Counted from the stretch's first letter, positions 26,137 through 43,994 are shown. The stretch: DNA of 64,000 nucleotides from Octopus sinensis (GCF_006345805.1 NC_042998.1:198958001-199022000), one strand, 5' to 3'. Notes: a model not told the origin generated them from the sequence alone. Numbers and translations: made by a program.

Positions 26137-26648
26137 CTAGCAGTATCGCCCGGCGTTGCTCGGGTTTGTAAGGGAAATAACTATATAAGCATTTTTAGAG
26201 AGTTACTTCCCTTATAGATGCCAATTCGGGCTTTCTTAGCCATTTTTGTTTTGGTGTCTTCAAGCCATGAAGTCGTTGTTCTAAAAGAACGCTGGTCTCC
26301 TTGACAACGCTTTACGACGTTGATTTCCTTACACTCCCTTCCCCACAGCTTCACGAGGGAGGGAAGAAGGGGGAGAAGCAAACAGGTGCAGGTGTGACCA
26401 TGGACGCCAACTCCGCCGCCATCGACACACGAAAAATTATGCATTAAAATGGAATGAAAAATGATGTTAAATTATTTTTAAAATCGTAGACTCATCGTAG
26501 ACGCGCGCTAATACTCAGACGGGCTCGATATGAATCACGACTATAAGATACCCGAATTTGTTAAACTGCACCGCAAAATGTGGGAGTAGTTAGGAATCTA
26601 AATCGAAGGGGACAGACACTCACACAACTACAGTTTTATATATATAGA
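26137..26648 (-). mobile_element. Non-autonomous Helitron
   Basis: Minus strand 5' TC(TATATATATAAAA), 3' hairpin CCCGAGCAACGCCGGG then CTAG; sits between A and T, no TSD. Confidence 0.8.
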
Positions 26649-26963
26649 TATATGTGTTTGTATATGTATATACGTATGTAAGTATGGATGTTATTTCTTT
26701 GAGATTTATTTATTTATCTTTTTGCTTTGCAGAATTCAAGCAGGGCACTAATAAAGTGGTACGACTCTTTAGTTTAATCAAGACAGCTCTTAGAGGTTTG
26801 GAGATATTCGAATTGATTTGTGTGTGAATGTATGTGTATGTATGTGCGTGGATAAACTTATGTTTATGTAGTGAGTGATTATGTCATTTAGGACATAAGT
26901 ATGTTTGCGCGCCTCATTGCGATTATCTATGTGCGTGTGGGTGGATGATGTGTGTGTGTGTGT

Positions 26964-27015
<52 letters not shown>

Positions 27016-27202
27016 CCATATGTCCATGTGCATGTGAGTATGCATTCAGCTCAGAGACCTCAAGTGGTGACTCCCTCCAACGTTCTTTCAGAAGGAACAC
27101 CAGTATTTGTGAGCGTTTTATGCAAATTTTGTGTCACATAGTCTAGTGCATATATGGAATAAATACAAATGAAAACCATAGCCTGGATATAATAATGGTA
27201 AG

Positions 27203-27455
27203 AAGGCGGCGAGCTGGCAGAATCGTTAGCACCCCGGGCGAAATGCGTAGCCGTATTTCGTCTGCCGTTACGTTCTCAGTTCAAATTCCGCCAAGGTCGA
27301 CTTTGCCTTTCATCCTTTCGGGGTCGATAAATTAAGTACCAGTTGCGTATTAGGATCGATACTGGGCTTTGATATAATCGACTTAATCCTTTTGTCTGTC
27401 CTTGTTTGTCCCCTTTATATTTAGCCCCTTGTGGGCAGAAAATAAATATTTAAGC
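27203..27455 (+). mobile_element. SINE family C monomer
   Basis: Head, core and GTGGG tail. Confidence 0.88.
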
Positions 27456-27616
27456 ACAGTAAGAGTCTTTTTAGTTGTTCATAAATCCTTTTCCACAACC
27501 TTCGATGAACTATTCACACCCACCAAGCATCAGAGATCTGCAATAGTGCACGACTTTTTTTTCTTTCCTTATCTGTGTTGTTATTTTTACTTGAATACTC
27601 CGTCAGTATTCTTTAT

Positions 27617-27850
27617 TTGTTTCTTTATTACCCACAAGGGGCTAAACATAGAGGGGACAAACAAGGACAGACAAATGGATTAAGTCGATTATATCGACCC
27701 CAGTGTGTAACTGGTACTTAATTTATCAACCCCGAAAGGATGAAAGGCAAAGTCGACCTCGGCGGAATTTGAACTCAGAACGTAACGGCAGACGAAATAC
27801 GGCTACGCACTTCGCCCGGCGTGCCAACGGTTATGCCAGCTCGCCGCCTT
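27617..27850 (-). mobile_element. SINE family C monomer with 19 bp TSD
   Basis: CTCCGTCAGTATTCTTTAT at 27598-27616 and 27851-27869. Confidence 0.92.
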
Positions 27851-28169
27851 CTCCGTCAGTATTCTTTATCTTTAAAGGTGTAGCTTAATCCTGCTTGTAG
27901 CGTGTCTTTAATGTAGTCATCAGGACATCCTTTTTTTTTGTAGATAGTATTGGAGACCGTTTTGACACCAGTGCCATTTCATAGGAGGGCAATATTTTGA
28001 GGACATTTTCTCACAGCTGCTATGTACCATACTACACAGGTACGGCATAATCGTGGAGGCATAGAGGCATTATTTTTTCTCTCATTTGTCAAATATTTAA
28101 TAGCTATCTCATGTTTCTGGATAGTAAAGACGCAGTCTTCTGCGTGAGACAGCTTTTCCTGACAAAATT

Positions 28170-28915
28170 CATTTCTACTCTAGGCACAAGGCCCGAAATA
28201 TTTGAGGAAGGGGTCAGCCGATTAGATCGACCACGGTACGCAACTGGTACTTAATTTATCGACCCCGAAAGGATGAAAGGCAAAGTTGACCTTGGCGAAA
28301 TTTGAACTCAGAACGTAAAGACACACAAAATACCTATTTCTTTACTACCCACAAGGAGCTAAACACAGAGAGGACAAACAAGGACAGACGAACGGATTAA
28401 GTCGATTACATCGACCCCAGTGCGTAACTGGTACTTAATTTATCGACCCCGAAAGGATGACAGGCGAAGTCGACTTCCGCAGAATTTGAACTCGGAACGT
28501 AAAGACACACGAAATACCTATTTCTTTACTACCCACCGGGGGCTAAACACAGAGAGTACAAACAAGGACAGACAAAGGGATTAAGTCGATTACATTGACA
28601 CCAGTGCGTAACTGGTACTTAATTTATCGACCCCGAAAGGATGAAAGGCAAAGTTGACCTCGGCAGAATTTGAACTCAGAACGTAGCGGCAGACGAAATA
28701 CCTATTTCTTTACTACCCACAAGGAGCTAAACACAGAGAGGACAAACAAGGACAGACGAACGGATTAAGTCGATTATATCGACCCCAGTGCGTAACTGGT
28801 ACTTATTTAATCGACTCCGACAGGATGAAAGACAAAGTCGACCTCGGCAGAATTTGAACTCAGAACGTAACGGCAGACGAAATAACGCGAAGCTTTTCGA
28901 CCGGCGTGCTAACGT
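28170..28915 (-). mobile_element. SINE family C tetramer (one head, four bodies, 184 bp period)
   Basis: CCTATTTC junctions at 28333, 28517, 28701; the 3'-most unit has a different tail. Confidence 0.9.
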
Positions 28916-29306
28916 TGGCCCCTTCTTTTCCTGGCAATATTGTTTGTATTCTCCAGCTTGAGAGACGCTTACTCATGCATACCTTTGGTTTGATGAATAA
29001 TTCTCAAAGTTTCTGCTAAAATCTTGGTACTAGCATGCATAATGCGAAAGCCTTGTAGGAAATAGTTTTATTAAATGTGGACAGCTCTGGCTTCCAAATC
29101 TTTCGAAATTTTCGGGAGCATTCTTTTGATAGTTTTGCTTTACCTACAGCGCCAACGCATGCAATATTTTCATCACCTCCGAGGTATTTGTAACATTCTT
29201 TATTGGAGAAAAGAAAGACAGACCGACCGTGGTAATTCTGACAGCCACCACCCTCTTTATTATCATGTTTACGAGTATTTCAATTGAGAAACTTACCCAA
29301 GTTTAT

Positions 29307-29622
29307 GTGGAGGCACATGGCCTAGTGGTTAGAGCAGCGGACTCAAGGTCAAGGGATCGCGGGTTCGAATCTCAGATTGGGCGATGTGTGCGTTTATGAG
29401 CGAAACACCTAAGCTCCACGCGGCTCCGGCAGAAAGTAATGGCGAAACTTCTGCTGACTCTTTCGCCACAACTTTCTCTCACTCTTTCCTCCTGCATCTT
29501 GCAGCTCACCTGCGACGGACCGGCGTCCCGTCCAGGTGGGGAACCTATACGCCAAGGAAACCGGGGAAACCGGCCCTTATGAGCCAGGCATAGCTCGAGA
29601 AAGAACAAACAAAACAACAAAT
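29307..29622 (+). mobile_element. Full-length SINE family D with 11 bp TSD
   Basis: CCCAAGTTTAT at 29296-29306 and 29623-29633. Confidence 0.92.
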
Positions 29623-30505
29623 CCCAAGTTTATAACTGAACGCTAAAATGTATGTTTGGTCGATGAATTAAGGAATATCCATATCTCATACTGGCAGATG
29701 GCAATACATTATGAGAAGTGACGTTGTTGGTTAAATCAAGTCAGTAAATGACAGCTACGCCGTAATGACTCCCCCAAGTCAACGTCCTTCGGTGATAATT
29801 GTAATGATTTTTAGCATGATCACGAGGCTTTAATTTTGTGTATGAGTTACATTATCATTTTAGTTTTTCTATGAAAATTCCATTCGCATCCAGGATGTCT
29901 TATAGGAATATAAACCAAAAGCAGTGTTTGAGTGACTCATTATTTTATTGACCCAAGAGTGACCAAAAGTTATCATGACTTCAGCATGAATTCAGTTCTG
30001 AACGGTAAAGAGCAATAATTGAATACTACAAGTCACTTTGTCAAACGCTCAAACGGCTCTTTCAATCTCCCACCCGTGATCTGTGAAGTAGTATTATAGT
30101 AGTAATATAGATTAACAGAGTGAAGCACTTTGATTCCACGCAAGACATTTTATCTGCTGACAGACATCGGATATCAATAAAGTCTATACAAGCATTCAAC
30201 ATGTACGAGGTCGCTCTTTCCGGAACTGTTTAATATTTCATGTGGTTATTAGTCATGGCCGCTGGTTACTTTCAAACTAAACATTATTAATTTCGGCTGG
30301 AAGATCACAGCAATAACGAATAACCGTCCAGCTATCTATCTACCTATTTCAGCCTGTTTTTTCTATCTATTTGCCTATTTATCTGTATTTCTCTCTCTCT
30401 CCACACTCAAACACCCACACAAATACACGCAGATATGCATACTCAAATATATGTCGTACAAATACATGTAGATATATGTATATGCATGCATGTATGTGTG
30501 TATGT

Positions 30506-30590
<85 letters not shown>

Positions 30591-30600
30591 CAGATAGACG

Positions 30601-30661
<61 letters not shown>

Positions 30662-30874
30662 TATAAAGAAAATATTAGTTGACAGACTCCACAATCCCCT
30701 TAGACAGAGATTGAATGTTCATATAGCTACAACAGCAGATGACTTAATGGTCACTACAACAGAGACAATCGTATATGAGGTATAAGTGACATCGAAGAAC
30801 ATGGCGAATATTCAAATATGCAAAAGTTTGTGGACGCGGTGTATAATTTGTACATGATACTCTGGTAGGCTACT

Positions 30875-31097
30875 CTCTTTTACTCTTTTACTTGTTTCAG
30901 CCATTTGACTGCGGCCATGCTGGAGCACCGCCTTTAATCGAGCAACTCGACCCCGGGACTTATTCTTTTGTAAGCCCAGTACTTATTCTATCGGTCTCTT
31001 TTGCCGAACCGCTAAGTGACGGGGACGTAAACACACCAGCATCAGTTGTCAAGCAATGCTAGGGGGACAAACACAGACACACAAACATACACGCACG

Positions 31098-31142
<45 letters not shown>

Positions 31143-31308
31143 CATATATACGACGGGCTTCTTTCAGTTTCCGTCTACCAAATCCACTCACAAGGCATTG
31201 GTCGGCCGGGGCTATAGCAGAAGACACTTACCCAAGGTGCCACGCAGTGGAACTGAACCCGGAACCATGTGGTTGGATAGCAAGCTACTTACCACACAGC
31301 CACCCCCG
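30875..31308 (-). mobile_element. SINE family B, near full length
   Basis: Reverse complement of 11008-11405. Confidence 0.9.
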
Positions 31309-31319
31309 CGCAACTGGTC

Positions 31320-31750
31320 AGTAATGTTTAGCAAGAGTGGTTTGGCTATTTAGGGGGATGAAGAGAGTAGTTGCAGTTGATAACCATTGGGGCAGTGCTT
31401 CTGTGTCCTTGATATTTTCTCCACACAACCGAATGAGATCTCGCCGAAATTCTGTAAGAAGTCTGTGCCTAGTAACCTAGTAAGAAGTCTGTGCCTAGAG
31501 ATTTCCTGTTAGACATTTTCTGCAGAACTGTTTCCAATATTTCGTCGTCTATTTCATATTCATGTTGCTGGACATACAAGTAGTAGTCCTGTTCCAGTTC
31601 TTTTAACCAAACAGCTTGTCTGTTGAATCCATCATTTGTTCTCCATAAAAATCTCCAGCAGCCCTCGGCCTGATCTTTTGTGGCGGTCTCTTTTACAGAG
31701 ATTGAGTCTTTCACATTGAAGCTGCAATAAACTGACTTGGATTCTCTGGC
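31320..31750 (-). pseudogene. R4/Dong-like ORF fragment just upstream of the RT core
   Basis: FLWRTND..WLKELEQ..EIDDEILETVLQKMSNRKS(L)G.D and PQWLSTATTLFIP resemble the W..E..NWKSPG..W...P pattern. Confidence 0.65.
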
Positions 31751-32457
31751 AAATAATATATTAAGCATATGCCGATTACATGCTGTAGATTTTAGCAAGA
31801 GTCCATCAACCTCAGGTGATCGTACATCGCTCTCGAAACACACACACACAGACACACACACATGTATTTATACATGTAAAATTTGAGTTGACTGACTTTA
31901 ATTAAAGCATGATGTTTTATTCAACCAGAAACTAGAAACTTAAAAGCCTCCACTCAAGAAGATCGTTATGATATATTTTTTCTCTGATGTCTCTGCTCTG
32001 AGCCCTTCTACCCCATCAGTAAATCCACAGTTGTTATTCGGGTTTTTTTTACATACCCAGGTCTATTCTCCATATTTTTAGGAGGGGGTAGCCATAACAA
32101 GACACACACTTGGCATTCCTGGTGGGATGTCCTGGGTATGACTATAAACTATACCCGGCATTAGGACCTTGGTGTGCTGGTTTCAGTGTTTGAGAAGTGT
32201 GGAACCACCTCTTAGCCACTATTTTTCCCAGGTCTACTCTGGCCCGGAATAGTAGCACCTAACTAAAGGTTAACTAGCAACCCCCACTTGCGACTGGGGG
32301 CAGGGATCGGTAGAATGCAGTCGCCGTAATCCCTGCGTGGTGTAAGATGTGACAGAAAGGGGCGGGATCGAGGGGACTGGGAACTTTCTCCTCCTAGTAA
32401 ATCCATATTCCTAAAAAGACAGCAAGTTGTTATTCGTAAATGTCATTTAAAATGATC

Positions 32458-32659
32458 ATTTCTAATAAAGACACAAGGCCTGATAGTTTCGAAGGAGGGA
32501 GACAGTCGATTATATCAGCCCCAATACTTAACTGGTACTAATTTTATCGACCCCGAAAGGATGAAAGGCAAAGTCAACCTCGGTGGAATTTGAACTCGGA
32601 CAAAATGCTGCTAAGCATTTTGTTCGGCGTGTTAATGGTTCTGCCAGCTCGCTGCCTTA
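32458..32659 (-). mobile_element. SINE family C (older tail)
   Basis: Reverse complement of head and core. Confidence 0.8.
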
Positions 32660-32699
32660 TCATATTTTAAAATAAAAGAGCTCGATTTAACATTTATAT

Positions 32700-36708
<4,009 letters not shown>

Positions 36709-37879
36709 ACTGTTGCAATACATTATCCTGGATATAACGTCAGAGCCATTTTTAAATAATAGACTGCCATTAAATACTTCCTTACAGACGGTTTTATTAT
36801 ATTTATAAATAAAAAAATTATGAGGCTATAAGATATATTATTTATAAAATAATATAAAAGTCAATTATCAAATGAAATATAAATCAATCATTTCCACACA
36901 GATAACAAAATGTATATAGCTAACAGCAAAGCTCACAGTTTACATTGCTGATGAAATCTAAAAAAATTATCGTATGTCATACAAAGTCGGGTCATATCAA
37001 TTGATTATATCAACAAGTGAATCGAATACAAACGTTGCGATTTTTATAGCACGACACTGTTGCTAATCATACTGTCTGATTACATCAACAGGTGAGGACA
37101 GTATAGAACTTTTGATTGATACAGTAATGAGTCCCGTTGTGGCCAGTTGGCGGTCGTTAGAGTTCCGGATACATTGTTTTGTAGCAATCATATTGGGTCT
37201 TTTCGCTCGAAGTTAAATTTTCGCCGATGTCAATTTTGCCTGTCATCCTTTCGGAACCAATGAATGAAGTACCAGTTTTGTACTAGGGTAGCTTCTATTT
37301 CTGTCACTCTTTCTGTCTCCCCTTCGTGACGAAATCGGCTGGGATCAAGCCTAGAGAGAGACGGGCTGGCACCTCCAGGTTTAAAGCGATGCTCAAGATA
37401 TGCCGTATGCCAGGATTGTGCCTTTATGACTCCATCAAAGACTCCATCAAAGACAAGGTAATTAATGAATTCAAAAATGATGTCTCGGTGATACAAGAGA
37501 TGCTAAAACTGCAATGGGAGAAGAATACATTGTTTAATCTTTAATTCATTTACAGGTTTCAACAAGTGAGCAGTGATCTTGCTGGTGATTGTTGAAAAGT
37601 ATCAAAGAATTAACAGATACAGGTTTAAAAACAATACATTTTGAAAAAGATCTATTTGTTAAAACGAACCATGAAGGTCTCTAAATTTAATTAAGGATAT
37701 TTTCAAAGCAATCTGTACTCTGTACTTAGAGATCTGTTAAAGCTGCAAACAGAAACTTCGTGTGTGCAGTAAATGCTTTGATAAACACTGAAATATTTGC
37801 AAAAACATATTCGTTGATATAGCGATCCTTTCGTTAATCAAATGGAAAATATATCTCGACCATTTACAAATAATGTGAA

Positions 37880-40560
37880 TGAAATTTATTCTCCTGTCTG
37901 TATTCTTCTATCTACTGTTTTACTCTTTATTCTTCTATCGTCGATTCTGTTCCTTATAAACTGTGGATTTCCCCGTCTAGAACTTTGATACATACTCACC
38001 TTGTCTCTGAGAAGGGTATACCCAGTGTACGGGTAGTAAATTTTTATTCCCACGAGAAACGACTCGTTTTTATTATCATGGTGGAGGGTAGACCACCAAT
38101 ATGCTTCCAATGTGGAGTAAAGGGGCACATAAAGGCAATGTGTCCCCAGAAACACGAACAGGAGGGGTGGTGGAGAAAGAGAGTCCAGAAAAAGTAAATG
38201 AAATAGCGGAGGAAGAAAGCAGAGTTTTCCGAGGTCGAGAAGAGAGGAAATCGTGAGTCTCCACCGAAAAAAAAAAAAAAAAGGGAAACAGAAAAGATGA
38301 AACAACGAGAGAACAAAATACAAGAGCCGGAACCGCCAACAAGTAAGGAGGAGGATGAGGAGGAGGGACATGAAGCCTTAAAAATAGAGGGGAGACTACG
38401 AGGACAGACAACACAAACGTGGGGTACATATAACGATTAAACGAATGATTCATGAGGTGTGAAAAATAATGATAATGAAATTACTTTCTACCCCGCAAAG
38501 TAGGAAGTTGCATTTTACTGTTTTCACTGTTCAGTTTGAATCTTTAAATTTTTTTTTTCTATATCAGAAGACGCGTTATATCTTCAAAAGTTATCACTGG
38601 TGGTAATTCGTCGAATTAAGGCGGTGAGCTGGCAGAATCATTAGCACGCCGGGCGAAATGCTCAGCGGTATTTCGTCTGCCGTTACGTTCTGAGTTCAAT
38701 TTCCGCCGAGGTCGACTTTGCCTTTCATCCTTTTGGGGTCGATCAAATAAGTACCAGTTACGCACTGGGGTCGATATAATCGACTTAATCCATCTGTATG
38801 CCCTTGTTTGTCTCCTCTGTGTTTAGCCCCTTGTGGGTAGTAAAGAAATAGGTATTTCGTCTGCCGTTACGTTCTGAGTTCAAATTCCGCCGAGGTCGAC
38901 TTTGCCTTTCATTCTTTTGGGGGTCGATCAAATAAGTACCAGTTACGCACTGGGGTCGATGTAATCGACTTAATCCGTTTGTCTGTCCTTGTTTGTCCCC
39001 TCTGTGTTTAGCCCCTTGTGGGTAGTAAAGAAATAGGTAATTCGTCGAATCGAACCCGCAATGGTGTATTTTCCATCCTACTTCCGAATATCCCTTTCAG
39101 TCTGGCTGCCTTTTCATCATCTAATAATACTGTTTTCATGTTTCGGTTCACCTTTTTATCTCCTAGTTTCACTCTTATTTCGCCTTTCATTCTTCTTATC
39201 CGCTTTTCAATTTCTACGCTTTTCTCGTATCTCAACAACATCCTTTCGTGTTTTCCTTTACGTGGCCGTCTTTCAACATTCTCCGTCATCATTGCTATTG
39301 TTTCTATCTGTTCTACCAATTCTTTCCGTCCCTCCTCCTCCTACTACTCCTCCTCCTTACTTGTTGGCGGTTCCGGCTCTTGTATTTGTTCTCTCGATGC
39401 TTCATCTTTTCTGTTTCCCTTTTTTTTTTCTTTTTCAGTGGAGACTCACGATTTCCTCTCTTCTCGACCTCGGAAAACTCTGCTTCCTCCTCCGCTATTT
39501 CATTTACTTTTTCCACCACCTCCTGTTCGTGTTTCTGGGGACACCTTGCCTTTATGTGCCCCCTTACTCCACATTGGAAGCATATTGGTGGTCTACCCTC
39601 CACCATGACTCTCAGTCTGGTTTCATCGGGTAGGATTATCTCTTCTGTCATTTTGTGGAGGTCAGGTAGGCTGATAAGTACCATCACTTCGAAGCCAAAC
39701 CCCCACAAGTTGATCTCCGCTGTCTTTGATATTTTCAATACTTCCACCTTCTCCTCTCTATTGTAGAGGATGGCTGCCACAAGCCAGTCTCCGCCCATCT
39801 CTGGTGGCACTCTCCCCACTCCCACCCGGCCGCACGTCCGCCACAGCAAGCAGGTAAGAGCGCCCACTGTGCCGACCTCAAGGCCACGGTAGAGCACTTC
39901 CCCGCTTCGCTCTCCCTAACGAAGCGCACCTCACCGCGTCAAACCTTCATCCTCTGCTACAGAATGCAATCACCTCCTTCACGTCCCTCAAACAATCCTC
40001 CTTCGCTCCAACACCCGCTACTACCACCTTCCCTGTTGCCACATTCAACGTTCTGCACGTTACCATTCCTCTTTCTGCCTTCTCTGTCATTTCTCGGGTG
40101 GGGGAAGTCGCAGGCACCCCCTCCCTCCTCAACAAGGCACCGAATTGCTCACAGTCCACATCTCCCACTACCAGTTCCTTCACCTGCAGCAGCTCAGCTG
40201 TCAGGCCCCTGCCTGTCTCAGCCGCACAACTGCCCGTTCGGACCTGCACAACTCTGCCATTCACCGCTCCACTCATAAATGGGGAAGCCAAACAAAACCC
40301 TCAACAAATTCAAAAACAGAATATCAAACACAATCCTCAACAATTCAGCAACTCAACAACTTCAAACAAAAAGCAACAACTCACAAGGGAGCGAAACCAA
40401 CACACAACAACTCGTACAACGACTGACACACGACTCCCTGTGCCGGTTGACGTCGTCACATTTTTATATTGGCTCTCTGATACCACTTGTGCCGTGGGAG
40501 GTGTGTACCATTTCCACTACAACACAGCCAATGTTTGGTGTGGTAGGTATTAAGTGTAGA
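37880..40560 (-). mobile_element. Gag-like ORF1 region of a Tx1/L1-type non-LTR element (decayed, rearranged)
   Basis: VMVEGRPPICFQCGVRGHIKARCP CCHC knuckle (39313-39897), frameshifted upstream ORF from ATG ~40276, T/G-rich leader; inverted paralogous knuckle segment at 38077-38370. Confidence 0.7.
38617..39035 (+). mobile_element. SINE family C dimer with 15 bp TSD
   Basis: GGTAATTCGTCGAAT at 38602-38616 and 39036-39050. Confidence 0.92.
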
Positions 40561-40974
40561 GATGATATCGCTTAGAAGTTGCAGGATATACTATTAACAA
40601 ATGCTATGGTCCATGGTTTTAATGAGAACATTTCAAGAGATCTTAAAGAACAATTTGATTTCAGTAAGAAGTCAACGACAGTACTTATAGCCCTTAAAGG
40701 GTGGTGAGAAAAAAAAAGAAAGGGAAATTAATCTCATTTTAAACTTTTCCACTGTGTAGGCGAGGGTTAACATAGAAAAAAAAATTGTTTCAAAGGTACA
40801 TCGTTGGAAGAGAAATTATTAATTAATGTTAATTTAAGCATAAGTCCAGCGAACACGAGGGGGCGAGCAGTTGATATCTGCGACCCCAGTACTACCAAGC
40901 GAGTGCTTTATTTCTCAATAACAGACTCTTCAAGTGACTTTTGTACTTAAGCCGAATCCTGGATAGGGACATTT

Positions 40975-41760
40975 ACTCTATTGAAGATCGGATGGCTATC
41001 TCGAGGAAAAGTTCTGCAACAAGTTATGCCATTAGGAAATGAAGTAGAAATTCTTTTATCTGAAAAATATAATTCTTCAGCTTTAAGATTTCAAAATTCC
41101 GTGTGGGTGCTTCAATTCGCTTATCTTTCCGATATTTTATTTTTCATTCAATTGAATTACTTGAATATCTCTCCATAAGACTGATCAAACAATTATTGAT
41201 TTTAATAGAGAAAATAAATGTGTTTAAAGAATACTCAAATTATGGGAAAGGAAACTGGACCAAAAAGAACTGAATCTTTGCAGCATTTAATCTACTGCAA
41301 AATATCGGTAATAACTTTAATGATGTACAAAATATTTTCTTTTCACCATTAAGCTATAGTAGTTACAGAATTCAATCACTACATTGTAATATAAGCTGCT
41401 GACCAATATAATTGGCCGTGGATTCCTTTTAATTTTAGCAATAACGATTTTCAGGACGATTTTGCCAACATTAATACTTTTCAAGAAAGCTTTGTTCAAG
41501 TTTAAAATGATTTATAATTTCAAGAAAAATTTGGAATTTATCAGTACATTCTCTTTGAATGTCAGACAGGTGAAAATATTAATCCTTGGAAATGGATTAA
41601 TAAAAGTGTTTCTTCCCTTTGTTACAACATACCTGCGTGAATCGAAGTTCTCAGCCCGAACAAATACAAAGGCCAGGCAAACAACGTAATTGCAACAGGA
41701 AGCTGACTTAAGATTCAGATTATATCAATGGTGAATCCTGGACTGGAAGAACTTCCTTAA
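40975..41760 (+). pseudogene. hAT (Charlie/Buster-like) transposase remnant
   Basis: WLSRGKVL..EVEILLSEK..LQFAYLSDI and LPFVTTYLRESKFSA..K..R motifs with stops. Confidence 0.85.
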
Positions 41761-41996
41761 CTTGTCCAATTTCGAGGTTCTTATTCAATTTCAAAAACAA
41801 AACCGGGTATATAACCTCCCTAAAGTTAAGTAAAGAATTTTTGACAATTATCGTAAGACGGGGATATGACAGGCATACACAGATCTCGCAGAGAGAGTGA
41901 TGTGATGCTCAGTTATATAACTGGGAATTTTGGTGACAATAATTTTTCGTGATTGTGAACGAAATTCCATAAAAGCAAGCAAACCTATAAAATGTG

Positions 41997-42379
41997 GGAG
42001 CACTCCGTCGGTTACGACGACGAGGGTTCCGGTTGATCCGAATGAACGGAACAGCCTGCTCGTGAAATTAACGTGTAAGTGGCTGAGCACTCCACAGACA
42101 CGTGCACCCTTAACGTAGTTCTCGGGGATATTCAGCGTGACACAGAGAGTGACAAGGCCGGCCCCTTGAAATACAGGTACAACAGAAACAGGAAGTAAGA
42201 GTGAGAGAAAGTTGTGGTGAAAGAGTACAGCAGGGATCACCACCATCCCCTGCTGGAGCCTCGTGGAGCTTTTAGGTGTTTTTGCTCAATAAACACTCAC
42301 AACGCCCGGTCTGGGAATCGAAACCGCGATCCTATGACCGCGAGTCCGCTTCCCTAAGCACTGGGCCATTGCACCTCCA
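41997..42379 (-). mobile_element. Full-length SINE family A
   Basis: TSD CCTATAAAAT at 41984-41993 and 42380-42389. Confidence 0.92.
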
Positions 42380-43691
42380 CCTATAAAATAATGAGTGATA
42401 GGCATTGCTACAATTAAGTAAACAACATTCAAATCAGTTTCAGGAGTTTTATCAATATTTAGTTTCATAAAATGAATTACCACGTAAAATAAATTCAATA
42501 AGGCGCTATAATTGTAAAATTAATTGGATTTTCCTAGTCATAGATTCGGTTTCCAAGCAATAAAATTTATTTTAAATATTTTTCTCGAGTTATGGAGTAA
42601 ATCAAGCAAAATCATCCACCATTTCCCATTTTATATTACTGACTTCAACTTTTTTTTCCTTTAATTAAATATAAAATTATTTCGCAGTATATTGAGTTAA
42701 AAAACGTAATAGAGTTAATGCAATTCATTAGATTTTCTTCATCTTTTTTTTTAAATTTAATGTTTCGTTCGGTCGCCATCTTGACACTATATGCTACTTT
42801 GGGTCGCTCTTCAGAAAGGATGAGAACCCCTGAAATAAGAGATTATTTGTAAAAGTCTTATCATGAGCATATTTGTTGGATGTGTGGTTGATGGCGTATG
42901 AAATAAGCTATGAGGCACAGCATATTGGATACATAGATATGAAAAAACAAATTTCCGTGAAACTAATTTCTTGTGACGAACGGAAGACTAAATTAGTGGC
43001 GTGCCAGCGATGTAAGCCCACAGAATTTATTTGTGATATAATTGTATCGATTATTCTCATCCGATCACTTGTTACACCTACTCATTAACGGTAGCGGCAT
43101 CCAATATAGCAACAGCAAAAATTAGCAGCAATATTACGGCGACCATTTTTTATAAGCGATCAGTGACTTGTCTCATTTTATATTAGAAGGCATCACTCAC
43201 TGCTGACAGTTCTACTTTGATATTGTATACACACGTTTACCAATACTTACAACCGACCCATGACACATCAAATATAGCTTTGTAGAATAGCCGCAAATCA
43301 ACACACAAACAGCATTTCAGCTTTTCGGTTATAAGATTTCTAGTTCCACAGAGAAAACATGGCAGTCGGACTTCTGCAGTCATCGATTTTCACACTCAAA
43401 AACACTCTACAAAGAAACTATATTAACTTCTTTTTCAGTTAAATTGTTTTTAAAGCACATTATAGCTGGAATATAAATTTAGATCAGATTGTACATTATA
43501 AATACACACAGGCACTTTTGTATGGACGTACATACCATACACACACGTTTGTATGACGCAGACACTCTATGACTCATAGGTATGGGGACACAGACTTTAG
43601 CGTGCACTTACTTGCACATATATGCACGTACACCCATATCTATGTATTAAGCTATCTCTTTTAAACGCGCATATGTATGTGTCTCCCTGTC

Positions 43692-43768
<77 letters not shown>

Positions 43769-43994
43769 TATATTATGTCACCATGATAGATCGGTAGCCA
43801 CTACACACATTCTTTTTCTCTCTTTTTTTTCTCTCCTTGTTTCACTCCTTGTTTTTTTTCTGTGTCCCTTTCTGTAGAAGAGTGTAGGCTCGAAACGTAA
43901 AAGACTTTTCTATTCCCAAGCGTTATACTAATACATCTGTTTGTTTTATACACCACCTGTCTTCGTCTTATGCGGTTTTTTTGTAAACTCTCCC

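Noticed and set aside
28170-28915. CRISPR-like repeat-spacer array
   Set aside because: Whole 184 bp units repeat with no unique spacers; eukaryotic SINE sequence
32290-32365. Decayed RTE-leader/HDV-like motif (GCAGGGAT..ATCCCTGC, GTAAGATGTGAC)
   Set aside because: Too degenerate; the nested double pseudoknot cannot be built
37326-37580. 72 aa ORF with possible GTAATT...TTTACAG mini-intron
   Set aside because: The spliced product stops after six codons, the 5' part abuts a decayed SINE, and no homology was recognised
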